64,000 nt of DNA from Ranitomeya imitator (Eukaryota), in assembly GCF_032444005.1 (NCBI RefSeq), contig NC_091291.1:7316001-7380000 (forward strand), in the 5' to 3' direction. The stretch's first letter is position 1; each line of letters starts with the position of its first letter. Shown one piece after another: positions 1-11,720 of this stretch. Position numbers and translations under genes: made by a program. The notes under the pieces are model-generated. The model did not search any database, was not told the origin of the DNA, and saw only the letters and a program-made list of their open reading frames with translations.

Positions 1-864
1 GCACCGTGGATTTGGGGGACTCGGGGGATCAGCCCCATTACTCTCACACTAATTCCTTACAAAGTGACGCCACCGCCGTTCCTCCGGACAAGAAAGACGC
101 CGATGAGACGGACGCTCAGGCCATCTTGCCCACGACTAGCGATATTCTGGTGTCCTATTCCTCCTACCCAGGTTGCTATTTCGGAGATCGCAGGGCAGAG
201 ATTCTCGGGATTATTCGGATCTGATATTTTTGCCGTCTTCTCCAGGTTTTGTGTCTTGGAGGGAGACGAGGAGTGGCTCGTGGTACGTGGAGAACCTGGA
301 CGAGGTGTTGGCTCAGTGCTCCGGGACCTTTGATCTGCAGTCGATGCTGGTGATGGTGAGACTCCCGTCGGTGGCGTAGACCCCTGCGTAGACCAGAGCC
401 GACTGCGGTGGCTGCCGTTAACCCCTTACAGGCTGCTGTCAGTCTTCAGAGCCCCCCAGTAAAGCGATGGGGTTCTGCTGCCTGCTCCCGCTGCTGTTGA
501 GGCCCCAGTATAGGACGCAGGCTGAAGTCCGCAGGGAGGGATAAAAAAAGTTTTAAAAACATTAAAAAGAAAATGTAACATGTTAATGACCTGACTTTAA
601 CGCTTTATAATTAGACATTGTTATCTAGTTGGTAAGGAGCAAGTGACAGATGATGGTCCTGTCAGTGATGGCACAGTGAGGGGCTCGGTTATCTGTGGGG
701 GCCATGATGTCGGGTTGGGGGGCCATGGTTTCGTTGATGCCTGTGCCTGATGTTATGTTCTTTTTCTGCAGGTTGCAGACAGAGTCGCGGTTAAAGGGAC
801 GTACAAGCAGATCCCGGTGTACTTTAACTCTCTCCGGAAGAGATTTTTCTTCAGAACAGACTGA
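1..864 (+). CDS. CASP9: Caspase-9, 3' part (last three coding exons; gene starts upstream of the window)
   Basis: Exons <1-171, 246-355 and 772-864 (TGA) with GT-AG introns in consistent phase; the first donor GTTGCT is non-consensus. Translation ...LQSDATAVPPDKKDADETDAQAILPTTSDILVSYSSYP/GFVSWRETRSGSWYVENLDEVLAQCSGTFDLQSMLVM/VADRVAVKGTYKQIPVYFNSLRKRFFFRTD* matches the caspase-9 linker and small subunit (human LPTPSDIFVSYSTFPGFVSWRDPKSGSWYVE). Candidate AATAAA at 1119-1124. Confidence 0.9.
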
Positions 865-1762
865 ATCTGGTGGCAGCGCCCCCTTCTGGTGGGTCGTTCT
901 GTGCCGGCGGGAAGAACAGGGTGACATGGGGTAACGTCGTCCTCGGGATCGGAGCGTATTATGTTCCACCTGTAGGAAGGAGGCGACAGATGGGGCTGGT
1001 CCTCCATCACTCCTCCTGGCGGCACAATGAGGGACACGCGGACCCCGCTCTGTCCCTCTCCGTCCCGCCCCGCTGTATGGACTCGGATTTTGTATTTTTT
1101 TTGTGTGAAAATAATAATAATAAAAAAAAAAACATGGTGACGATCTTCAGTGCGTTCCTCATCACTCCGGTGATAAACCTAAGGCTCGGTAATCTCCAGA
1201 ATACCGCGGCTCCGCACCAGGGCTGCCCGCTCGTTACAATGTATCAGCCTGCAGTCACAGGATTGTCTACACTGGATGCAACTGTAACAAACCCTCAGCT
1301 GTGAGAAGTGTTTGGACAGATAAGGTATAACAAAAAAATGTCCTCATTCACTGACAGCGCAGATATGGAGAACATTGAGAAAGCCGCAGAGGTGTTCGGT
1401 CGTTGCCCCCGGATCAGGGCTCAGGGCGGTGAGAACCGCGCAGCTGCTGCCACATGGTCGGCTCCAGATCATCCTTGGGGCCGAGCGTTTCCTGCCAAAA
1501 TAAACAGCCGGAGATAAGACCTGTGTGATTTATCACCAAAGGGACGCAACACTTCAAGGAATTTTCCATTCTGCCCCATGAATTCCCAGATTAACGAGAC
1601 AGGAGCGGGAATCGTCCATGCAGGCGGTAGAGGAGGCAGCGGCCGCTCCACAGCAGCTCTACAATGATGGGGATCGTAGTTCTGTGCTTGGGTTCTCGTT
1701 GGTCACAGATCTATCAGCAACTGTGTCCCCATGACAAGACTTTATAGGCGCTGACAAATCAG

Positions 1763-3462
1763 ACCTCAGCTGAGGATGGCCCATCCGTCTGGGGGGCTCG
1801 TGCTGACACCTCAGCTGAGGATAGTCCATCAGTGTGGGGTCTTATATTGAGGCCTCGGCTGAGGATAGTCTATCACTGTAGGGTTTTATATTGAGGCCTC
1901 GGCTGAGGATAGCTCATCAGTGTAGGGTCTTTGTATTGAGGCTGAGGATAGCCCATCAGTGTGGGGTCTTATATTGAGGCTGAAGATAACCCATCAGTAT
2001 GGAGTCTTGTATTGAGGCCTCGGTTAAGGATAGCCCATCACTGTGGGGTCTTATATTGAGGTTTCGGCTGAGGATAGCCCATCACTGTGGGATCTTATGT
2101 TGAGCCCTCGGCTGAGGATAGCCCATCAGTGCGGAATCTTATGTTGAGGCATCAGATGAGGATAGCCCATCAGAGTGGAGCCTTGTATTGAGGCCTCGGC
2201 TGAGGATAGCCCATCAGTGTCGGGTCTTGTATTGAGGCCTCGGCTGAGGATAGCCCATCAGTGTCGGGTCTTGTATTGAGGCCTTGGCTGAGGATAACCC
2301 ATCAGGATAGTCCGTTAGTGTGGGGACTTATTCAGTCCTCGGCTGAGGATAGCCCATCAGTGTAGGGTCTTGTATTGAGGCTGAGGATAACCCATCAGTG
2401 TAGGGTCTTATAGTCAGTCCTCGGCTGAGGACAGTCCGTCAGTGTGGGGTCTTATATTCAGTCCTCGGCTGAGGACAGTCCGTCAGTGTGGGGTCTTATA
2501 TTCAGTCCTCGGCTGAGAATAGCCCATCATTCTGGGGTCTGCACACACTTATGAGGAAAGCCCATCAGTGTAGGGTCTTATATTGGGGCCTCGGCTGAGG
2601 ATAACCCATCAGTGTAGGGTCTTATAGTCAGTCCTCGGCTGAGGACAGTCCGTCAGTGTGGGGTCTTATATTCAGTCCTCGGCTGAGAATAGCCAATCAT
2701 TCTGGGGTCTGCACACACTTATGAGGATAGCCCATCAGTGTAAGGTCTTATATTGGGGCCTCGGCTGAGGATAGCCCATCAGTGTAAGGTCTTATATTCA
2801 GTCCTCGGCTGAGGATAGTCCATCAGTGTAGGGTCTTATATTCAGTCCTCGGCTAAGGATAGCCTATCAGTGTAAGGTCTTACATTCAGTTCTTGGCTGA
2901 GGATAGCCCATCAGTGTGGGGTCTTATAGTCTGTCCTCGGCTGAGGATAGCCCATCAGTGTAGGGTCTTATATTCAGTCCTCGGCTAAGGATAGCCTATC
3001 AGTGTAAGGTCTTATATTCAGTTCTTGGCTGAGGATAGCCCATCAGTGTGGGGTCTTATAGTCTGTCCTCGGCTGAGGATAGCCCATCAGTGTAGGGTCT
3101 TATATTCAGTCCTCAGCTGAGGATAGGCCATCAGTGTAGGGTCTTATATGGAGTCCTTGGCTGAGGATAGCCCGTTAGTGTGGGGCCTTGTATTGAGCCT
3201 TCGGCTGAGGTTAGCCCATCAGTGTAGGGTCTTATACTCTGTCCTCGACTGAGAATATCCCATCAGTGTAGGGTCTTATATTGAGGCCTCGGCTGAGGAT
3301 AGCCCATCAGTGTGGGGTCTTATATTCAGGCCTCGGCTGAGGATAGCCCATCATTCTGGGGTCTGCACACACTTATGAGGATAGCCCATCATTCTGGGGT
3401 CTGCACACACTTATGAGGATAGCCCATCATTCTGGGGTCTGCACACACTTATGAGGATAGTG
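1763..3462. repeat. 44-bp minisatellite array (ggctgaggatagcccatcagtgtagggtcttatattcagtcctc), upstream of the protease promoter
   Basis: Period 44 (tcggctgagg at 2761 and 2805). Copies are more diverged at the left end, and shorter variant units occur at the right end. Confidence 0.9.
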
Positions 3463-3676
3463 GCCTCATCCTGTGAATCTCGCACTCTCCGCACATCTGT
3501 CCTGGTCTCGGATCTCACCCGCTCGGTCACACAAGGTAAACACTTTCTTATCCGTCCCTGAGTAATGACTTCTTGGAGCAGGTTCTGCGTCCTCGGAGAG
3601 CAATGTGGAGGGGTCTCATTGGCTGGGCCTATCTCCCTGGTGCGGGTCATTCTGGCAGGGAGTCAGATCCGCTCTC

Positions 3677-3683
3677 TATATAA
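3677..3683 (+). promoter_or_regulatory. TATA box of the CTRC-like gene
   Basis: TATATAA ending 38 nt before the ATG at 3721. A forkhead-type GTAAACA at 3536-3542 is a weaker candidate site. Confidence 0.65.
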
Positions 3684-3720
3684 TCAGGAGCCGGGGTCCG
3701 GGGGGATCTGACACATCACG

Positions 3721-6700
3721 ATGATGAAGCTCGTGGTTCTCGCTCTCTGCCTGGCTTACGGTAGGTCCCGGCTCCTCGTTTGCTCCCCAGCGCCCCATGA
3801 TCCGTGCTCGCTCACCCCTCTTGTGTCTTCCAGCCTACAGCTGCGGCGTTCCGGCCGTGCAGCCCATCCTGTCCCGAGTGGTGAACGGCCACGATGTGCG
3901 GGAACACAGCTGGCCGTGGCAGGTGCGGACCACAGACCCGAGACGTCCCGGGCCACACACTGAAGACTTCTCTTACCAGGTTCTCTTTCCTTTCCCTAGA
4001 TTTCCCTCCAGTACCAAGGCAGCAGCGGGGCCTGGGGCCACACCTGCGGGGGCACCCTGATTTCCGACCGCTGGGTCCTGACTGCCGCCCACTGCATCAG
4101 GTACCGTCCTCACACCGATCAAGTGCAATGTGGGAAAAACCAGCAATTCCAGGCCCACCTGTATGTGAGGGAATTGCACTGCGAGCGATTGTCCGCTGTC
4201 ATTTTTTTGCTGGAATTGCTTGTTTTAACCCTTCAGTGACTACACATTGCTAAGCGCTGTCCCGGGGGTCATGCACAGGATACAGAGCCCGGGTGGTCCG
4301 CCTCTATAGGGCAATATTCCGACCCCGTAACGCCAGGACGAGTAGTAATCTCTCCCTTCCTCCAGCTCCGGCCGAGTCTACAGAGTCGTGGTCGGAAAGC
4401 ACAACCTGAAGGAAGAGGAGGAAGGGTCCGCCGCCATCCTTACCGAGAAGATCTTTGTCCACGAGAAATTCACCTCCTTCCTGATCATCAGGTAAGTAAC
4501 ATTCTGAAAACCAGGGGCCCCGCAATGTCCAGGGGCCAAACAGGACCGCACTAATGCAACTCTTCTGTGAATCCCAGTAACGACATCGCCATTATCAAGC
4601 TGGCGGAGCCCGCCAAACTCAGCGACACCGTGCAGCCCGCCTGCATCCCTGCCGATGGCGCCATCCTGCCCCACGACTTCCCCTGCTATGTCACCGGGTG
4701 GGGACGTCTGTACAGTGAGTAATGACGGCAGAGTGCCTCACATATACCGTCACGTCTCTACTACTGTCCATTACTGATACTGTGTTCTGCAGCCAACGGA
4801 CCCATCGCTGACAATCTCCAGCAGGCTCTCCTTCCCGTGGTCGAACACGCCGTCTGCAGCAGGTCCGACTGGTGGAGCTTCCAAGTACAAAACAGCATGA
4901 TCTGCGCCGGAGGTGACGGCATCGTGTCTGGATGCAACGTAAGAACATAGCAATTACATTACCTGTATTATCCTCCAGAGCTGCACTCACTATTCTGCTG
5001 GTGCAGTCACTGTGTACATACATTACATTACTGATCCTGAGTTACATCCTGTATTATACCCCAGAGCTGCACTCACTATTCTGCTGGTGCAGACACTATG
5101 TACATACATTTTATTACTGACCCTGAGTTATATCCTGTATTATACCCCAGAGCTGCACTCACTATTCTGCTGGTGCAGACACTATGTACATACATTTTAT
5201 TACTGACCCTGAGTTACCTCCTGTATTATACCCCAGAGCTGCACTCACTATTCTGCTGGTGCAGTCTCTGTGTACATACATTACATTACTGATCCTGAGT
5301 TACATCCTGTATTATGCTCCAGAGCTGCACTCACTATTCTGCTGGTGCAGTCACTGTGTACATACATTACATTACTGATCCTGAGTTACATCCTGTATTA
5401 TACTCCAGAGCTGCACTCACTATTCTGCTGGTGCAGTCACTGTGTACATACATTACTGATCCTGAGTTACATCCTGTATTATACCCCAGAGCTGCACTCA
5501 CTATTCTGCTGATGCAGTCACTGTGTACATACATTACTGATCCTGGGTTACATCCTGTATTATGCTCCAGAGCTGCACTCACTATTCTGCTGGTGCAGTC
5601 ACTGTGTACATACATTACATTACTGATCCTGAGTTACATCCTGTATTATGCTCCAGAGCTGCACTCACTATTCTGCTGGTGCAGTCACTGTGTACATACA
5701 TTACATTACTGATCCTGAGTTACATCCTGCATTATACCCCAGAGCTGCACTCACTATTCTGCTGGTGCAGTCACTGTGTACATACATTACTGATCCTGGG
5801 TTACATCCTGTATTATGCTCCAGAGCTGCACTCACTATTCTGCTGGTGCAGTCACTGTGTACATACATTACATTACTGATCCTGGGTTACATCCTGTATT
5901 ATACTCCAGAGCTGCACTCACTATTCTGCTGGTGCAGTCACTGTGTACATACATTACTGATCCTGAGTTACATCCTGTATTATACTCCAGAGCTGCACTC
6001 ACTATTCTGCTGGTGCAGTCACTGTGTACATACATTACATTACTGATCCTGAGTTACATCCTGTATTATACTCCAGAGCTGCACTCACTATTCTGCTGGT
6101 GCAGTCACTGTGTACATACATTACTGATCCTGAGTTACGTCCTGTATTATACTCCAGAGCTGCACTCACTATTCTGCTGGTGCAGTCACTGTGTACATAC
6201 ATTACTGATCCTGAGTTACGTCCTGTATTATACTCCAGAGCTGCACTCACTATTCTGCTGGTGCAGTCACTGTGTACATACATTACATTACTGATCCTGA
6301 GTTACATCCTGTATTATACTCCAGAGCTTCACTCACTATTCTGCTGGTGCAGTCACTGTGTACATACATTACATTACTGATCCTGAGTTACATCCTGTAT
6401 TATACTCCAGAGCTGCACTCACTATTCTGCTGGTGCAGTCACTGTGTACATACATTACATTACTGATCCTGAGTTACATCCTGCATTATACCCCAGAGCT
6501 GCACTCGCTATTCTGCTGGTGCAGTCACTGTGTACATACATTACATTTCTGATCCTGAGTTACATCCTGTATTATCCTCCAGAGCTGCACTCTCTATTCT
6601 GCTGGTGCAGTCACTGTGTACATACATTACATTACTGATTCTGAGTTACATCCTGTATTACACTCCAGAGCTGCACTCACTATTCTGCTGGTGCAGTCAC

Positions 6701-8352
6701 TGTGTACATACATTACATTACTGATCCTGAGTTACATCCTGTATTACACTCCAGAGCTGCACTCACTATTCTGCTGGTGCAGTCACTGTGTACATACATT
6801 ACATTACTGATCCTGAGTTACCTCCTGTATTATACTCCAGAGCTGCACTCACTATTCTGCTGGTGCAGTCACTGTGTACATACATTACATTACTGATCCT
6901 GAGTTACATCCTGCATTATACCCCAGAGCTGCACTCGCTATTCTGCTGGTGCAGTCACTGTGTACATACATTACATTTCTGATCCTGAGTTACATCCTGT
7001 ATTATCCTCCAGAGCTGCACTCGCTATTCTGCTGGTGCAGTCACTGTGTACATACATTACATTACTGATCCTGAGTTACATCCTGTATTACACTCCAGAG
7101 CTGCACTCACTATTCTGCTGGTGCAGTCACTGTGTACATACATTACATTACTGATCCTGAGTTACATCCTGTATTATACCCCAGAGCTGCACTCACTATT
7201 CTGCTGGTGCAGTCACTGTGTACATACATTACATTACTGATCCTGAGTTACCTCCTGTATTATACTCCAGAGCTGCACTCACTATTCTGCTGGTGCAGTC
7301 ACTGTGTACATACATTACATTACTGATCCTGAGTTACATCCTGTATTATACCCCAGAGCTGCACTCACTATTCTGCTGGTGCAGTCACTGTGTACATATA
7401 TTACATTACTGATCCAGAGTTACCTCCTGTATTATACCCCAGAGCTGTGCTCACTATTCTGCTGGTGCAGTCACTGTGTACATACATTACATTACTGATC
7501 CTGAGTTACATCCTGTATTATACTCCAGAGCTGCACTCACTATTCTGCTGGTGCAGTCACTGTGTACATACATTACATTACTGATCCTGAGTTACATCCT
7601 GTATTATACCCCAGAGCTGCACTCACTATTCTGCTGGTGCAGTCACTGTGTACATATATTACATTACTGATCCAGAGTTACCTCCTGTATTATACCCCAG
7701 AGCTGCACTCACTATTCTGCTGGTGCAGTCACTGTGTACATATATTACATTACTGATCCTGAGTTACATCCTGTATTATACCCCAGAGCTGCACTCACTA
7801 TTCTGCTGGTGCAGTCACTGTGTACATACATACATTACTGATCCTGAGTTACATCCTGTATTATACCCCAGAGCTGCACTCACTATTCTGCTTACACCAG
7901 ACACTTTACTAAAAGCTGGATTGTTACTTCTCCACCAGCTTGCTGACAGTTTCCATTGACAAGCAGCTGGTTTGTGCTTTCAGCATATGATGTGAGCGCT
8001 GCTCCTTTGTGTCTCTTCACAGGGAGACTCCGGCGGACCTCTGAACTGTCAGGCTTCTAATGGATCCTGGGAAGTCCACGGCATTGTCAGCTTTGGCTCC
8101 GGAATCAGCTGCAACTACGAGAAGAAGCCGACCGTCTTCACCCGCGTGTCCGCCTTCCTGGACTGGATCAACGACGTGAGTGTCAGGGAGGACACAGGCA
8201 GTGGCGCCATCTCTGGGGGGTTTGGGTACTGCGGGGGTTGTCAGTGGGACATTTCTCGTCAGATCCATCGTTATTGTATCTGCAGGACAATGACACGTTG
8301 TTACATTGTTTCACATGTGATTGTTTTTTTACAGAAAATCGTCAACAACTAA
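3721..8352 (+). CDS. CTRC: Chymotrypsin-C-like pancreatic serine protease (CTRC/CELA family), 8 exons, 269 aa
   Basis: Exons 3721-3760, 3834-3922, 4000-4100, 4366-4491, 4578-4714, 4793-4938, 8023-8175 and 8335-8352 (810 nt, all GT-AG, in frame). Signal peptide [14 protein letters not shown], propeptide [16 protein letters not shown], catalytic triad [29 protein letters not shown] and [11 protein letters not shown]...DWW favour CTRC over CELA2/3; orthology needs a tree. Confidence 0.85.
4960..7892. repeat. 86/81-bp minisatellite array filling CTRC intron 6
   Basis: Unit ctccagagctgcactcactattctgctggtgcagtcactgtgtacatacattacattactgatcctgagttacatcctgtattata; 81-bp variants lack one acatt. It explains the ladder of 64-aa ORFs spaced 86 nt apart. 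Confidence 0.95.
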
Positions 8353-8457
8353 GGAGAGTCCACGAGAAACGACATCCAACCGCGTCCGCAGATCATGGCG
8401 GCATCTGATCAGTATCATCGTCCTACTACTGTCCTCACAGTGTAATAAGCACAGAGC

Positions 8458-8463
8458 AATAAA
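8458..8463 (+). terminator. Polyadenylation signal of the CTRC-like gene
   Basis: AATAAA about 105 nt after the stop codon. Confidence 0.75.
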
Positions 8464-8499
8464 GATACGGAGAATCTGAGCCTCGTATTAAGTCTTTAT

Positions 8500-9845
8500 T
8501 TGCTGTATCTAATCCTCTCCTGTGTGATACTGACTGCGGAGCCGTGTATCTAATCCTCTCCTGTGTGATACTGTCTGCTGAGCCGTGTATCTAATCCCAT
8601 CCTGTGTAATACTGACTGCTGAGCCGTGTATCTAATCCTCTCCTGTGTGATACTGACTGCGGAGCCGTGTATCTAATCCTCTCCTGTGTGATACTGTCTG
8701 CTGAGCCGTGTATCTAATCCCATCCTGTGTAATACTGACTGCTGAGCCGTGTATCTAATCCTATCCTGTGTGATACTGTCTGCTGAGCCGTGTATCTAAT
8801 CCCATCCTGTGTAATACTGACTGCTGAGCCGTGTATCTAATCCTATCCTGTGTGATGCTTACTGCTGAGCCGTGTATCTAATCCTCTCCTGTGTGATACT
8901 GTCTGCTGAGCCGTGTATCTAATCCCATCCTGTGTAATACTGACTGCTGAGCCGTGTATCTAATCCCATCCTGTGTAATACTGACTGCTGAGCCGTGTAT
9001 CTAATCCCATCCTGTGTAATACTGACTGCTGAGCCGTGTATCTAATCCTATCCTGTGTGATACTGACTGCTGAGCCGTGTATCTAATCCCATCCTGTGTA
9101 ATACTGACTGCTGAGCCGTGTATCTAATCCTATCCTGTGTGATGCTGACTGCTGAGCCGTGTATCTAATCCTATCCTGTGTGATACTGACTGCGGAGCCG
9201 TGTATCTAATCCCATCCTGTGTGATACTGACTGCTGAGCCGTGTATCTAATCCTATCCTGTGTGATGCTGACTGCTGAGCCGTGTATCTAATCCTCTCCT
9301 GTGTGATACTGACTGCTGAGCCGTGTATCTAATCCTCTCCTGTGTGATGCTGTCTGCTAAGCCGTGTATCTAATCCTCTCCTGTGTGATACTGACTGCCG
9401 AGCCATGTATCTAATCCTCTCCTGTGTGATACTGACTGCTGAGCCGTGTATCTAATCCTCTCCTGTGTGATACTGACTGCTGAGCCGTGTATCTAATCCT
9501 ATCCTATGTGATACTGTCTGCTGAGCTGTGTATCTAATCCTATCCTATGTGATACTGACTGCTGAGCCGTGTATCTAATCCTCTCCTGTGTGATACTGTC
9601 TGCTGAGCCGTGTATCTAATCCTCTCCTGTGTGATACTGACTGCTGAGCCGTGTATCTAATCCTATCCTGTGTGATACTGACTGCTGAGCCGTGTATCTA
9701 ATCCTCTCCTGTGTGATACTGTCTGCTGAGCCGTGTATCTAATCCTATCCTGTGTGATACTGACTGCTGAGCCGTGTATCTAATCCTCTCCTGTGTGATA
9801 CTGACTGCTGAGCCGTGTATCTAATCCTCTCCTGTGTGGTACTCT
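8500..9845. repeat. 41-bp minisatellite array (gtgtatctaatcctctcctgtgtgatactgactgctgagcc)
   Basis: About 32 copies starting just after the CTRC poly(A) signal. The same family occurs reverse-complemented at 48925-50470. Confidence 0.95.
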
Positions 9846-10354
9846 GGTATCAGTGAGCTCTTACCTCACCGGCACCCCTCTGTCCTCTATGTGCCTCTTT
9901 GTCCTTCGTGCCCCTCTGTCCTCCACGTGCTGGAATGGTTTGAGGGTGGCCATGTCACATTGGCAGAGCCCCTGAGGTGCCAGAACAACAGAACCCCCCA
10001 TAAGTTACCCCATTTTATAAACCACACTCCCCACTGAATTCATCTAGGGGTGCAGTGATCATATTGATATTGCATGTGCCTCATAGATTTTTATACCACT
10101 GAGCAGTGAAGAAAGAATAAATTACATTTTTGCACAAGAAATGGGTAAAAATGGCACCAAAATTTGTCCCACAATTTACACTGAGCAATCCAATACCCCA
10201 TATGGGGCTGTACAGTAATACTTAGCCACACGGAGAGGCTGGGGAGGAACGGAGCACTATTTGCCCTTACAGGTGTAGTGACGATTTTGACCCCATATTT
10301 CCCAGAAACAAGCAGCAATCAATGTTGCCGAGTGAAAATTGCAAACTGCCGTTG

Positions 10355-11390
10355 TAGTGACCATTACGTTGCAGTCACCAGTACGTTGTAGTGACCATTA
10401 CGTTGTAGTGACCAGTACGTTGTAGTGACCATTACGTTGTAGTGACCAGTACGTTGTAGTGACCATTACGTTGTAGTGACCAGTACGTTGTAGTGACCAT
10501 TACGTTGCAGTCACCAGTACGTTGTAGTGACCATTACGTTGTAGTGACCAGTACGTTGTAGTGACCATTACGTTGTAGTGACCAGTACGTTGCAGTGACC
10601 ATTACGTTGTAGTGACCATTACGTTGTAGTGACCATTACGTTGTAGTGACCATTACGTTGTAGTGACCATTACGTTGTAGTGACCAGTGCGTTGTAGTGA
10701 CCAGTACATTGCAGTGACCATTACGTTGTAGTGACCAGTACGTTGCAGTCACCAGTACGTTGTAGTGACCATTACGTTGTAGTGACCAGTACGTTGTAGT
10801 GACCATTACGTTGTAGTGACCAGTGCGTTGTAGTGACCAGTACGTTGCAGTGACCATTACGTTGTAGTGACCAGTACGTTGCAGTCACCAGTACGTTGTA
10901 GTGACCATTACGTTGTAGTGACCAGTACATTGCAGTGACCATTACGTTGTAGTGACCATTACGTTGTAGTGACCAGTGCGTTGTAGTGACCAGTACGTTG
11001 CAGTGACCAGTACGTTGCAGTGACCATTACGTTGTAGTGACCATTATGTTGTAGTGACCAGTGCGTTGTAGTGACCAGTACGTTGCAGTGACCAGTACGT
11101 TGCAGTGACCATTACGTTGCAGTCACCAGTACGTTGCAGTGACCAGTACGTTGTAGTGACCATTACGTTGTAGTGACCATTACGTTGTAGTGACCATTAC
11201 ATTGCAGTGACCATTACGTTGCAGTGACCATTACGTTGCAGTGACCAGTACGTTGTAGTGACCATTACATTGCAGTGACCATTACGTTGCAGTGACCATT
11301 ACGTTGTAGTGACCATTACATTGCAGTGACCATTACGTTGCAGTGACCATTACGTTGTAGTGACCAGTACGTTGTAGTGACCAGTACGTT
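10355..11390. repeat. 17-bp tandem repeat (acgttgtagtgaccatt / acgttgtagtgaccagt)
   Basis: Period 17 (acgttg at 10383 and 10400), about 60 copies. Confidence 0.95.
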
Positions 11391-11720
11391 ATGCCCAGCT
11401 CATGCTTCTGGAGGCATGCACCTGTAAGTTAGGCGGGCTCTCATCGCTTCAGAAATGGCAAACATGGACGCTATATGTGGTTTAGGTTCACTGTGAGGCT
11501 CAGAAGGAAGGGGGCACTTGGATTTGGGAGTGGAGAATTTGCTGAATTTCTTTTGTCGGATGAGGAGCCATTTCCCTTTTCCAGAGCCTTTGGGCTACCA
11601 GTAATGTGGAAGCCCCCTATATTTCCGTTAACAGATGACGGACCTGAGTGGGGACCTGATTTTTTTGTGGATTGAATTGAAGCTTTTATTGGGAACATTT
11701 TACATGGCATTTATGTACAC

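Noticed and set aside
4932-7959. Ladder of 64-aa [11 protein letters not shown] ORFs (also at 28010-29646), superficially like a peptide gene array
   Set aside because: The spacing equals the 86-bp repeat unit, and both arrays are intronic.
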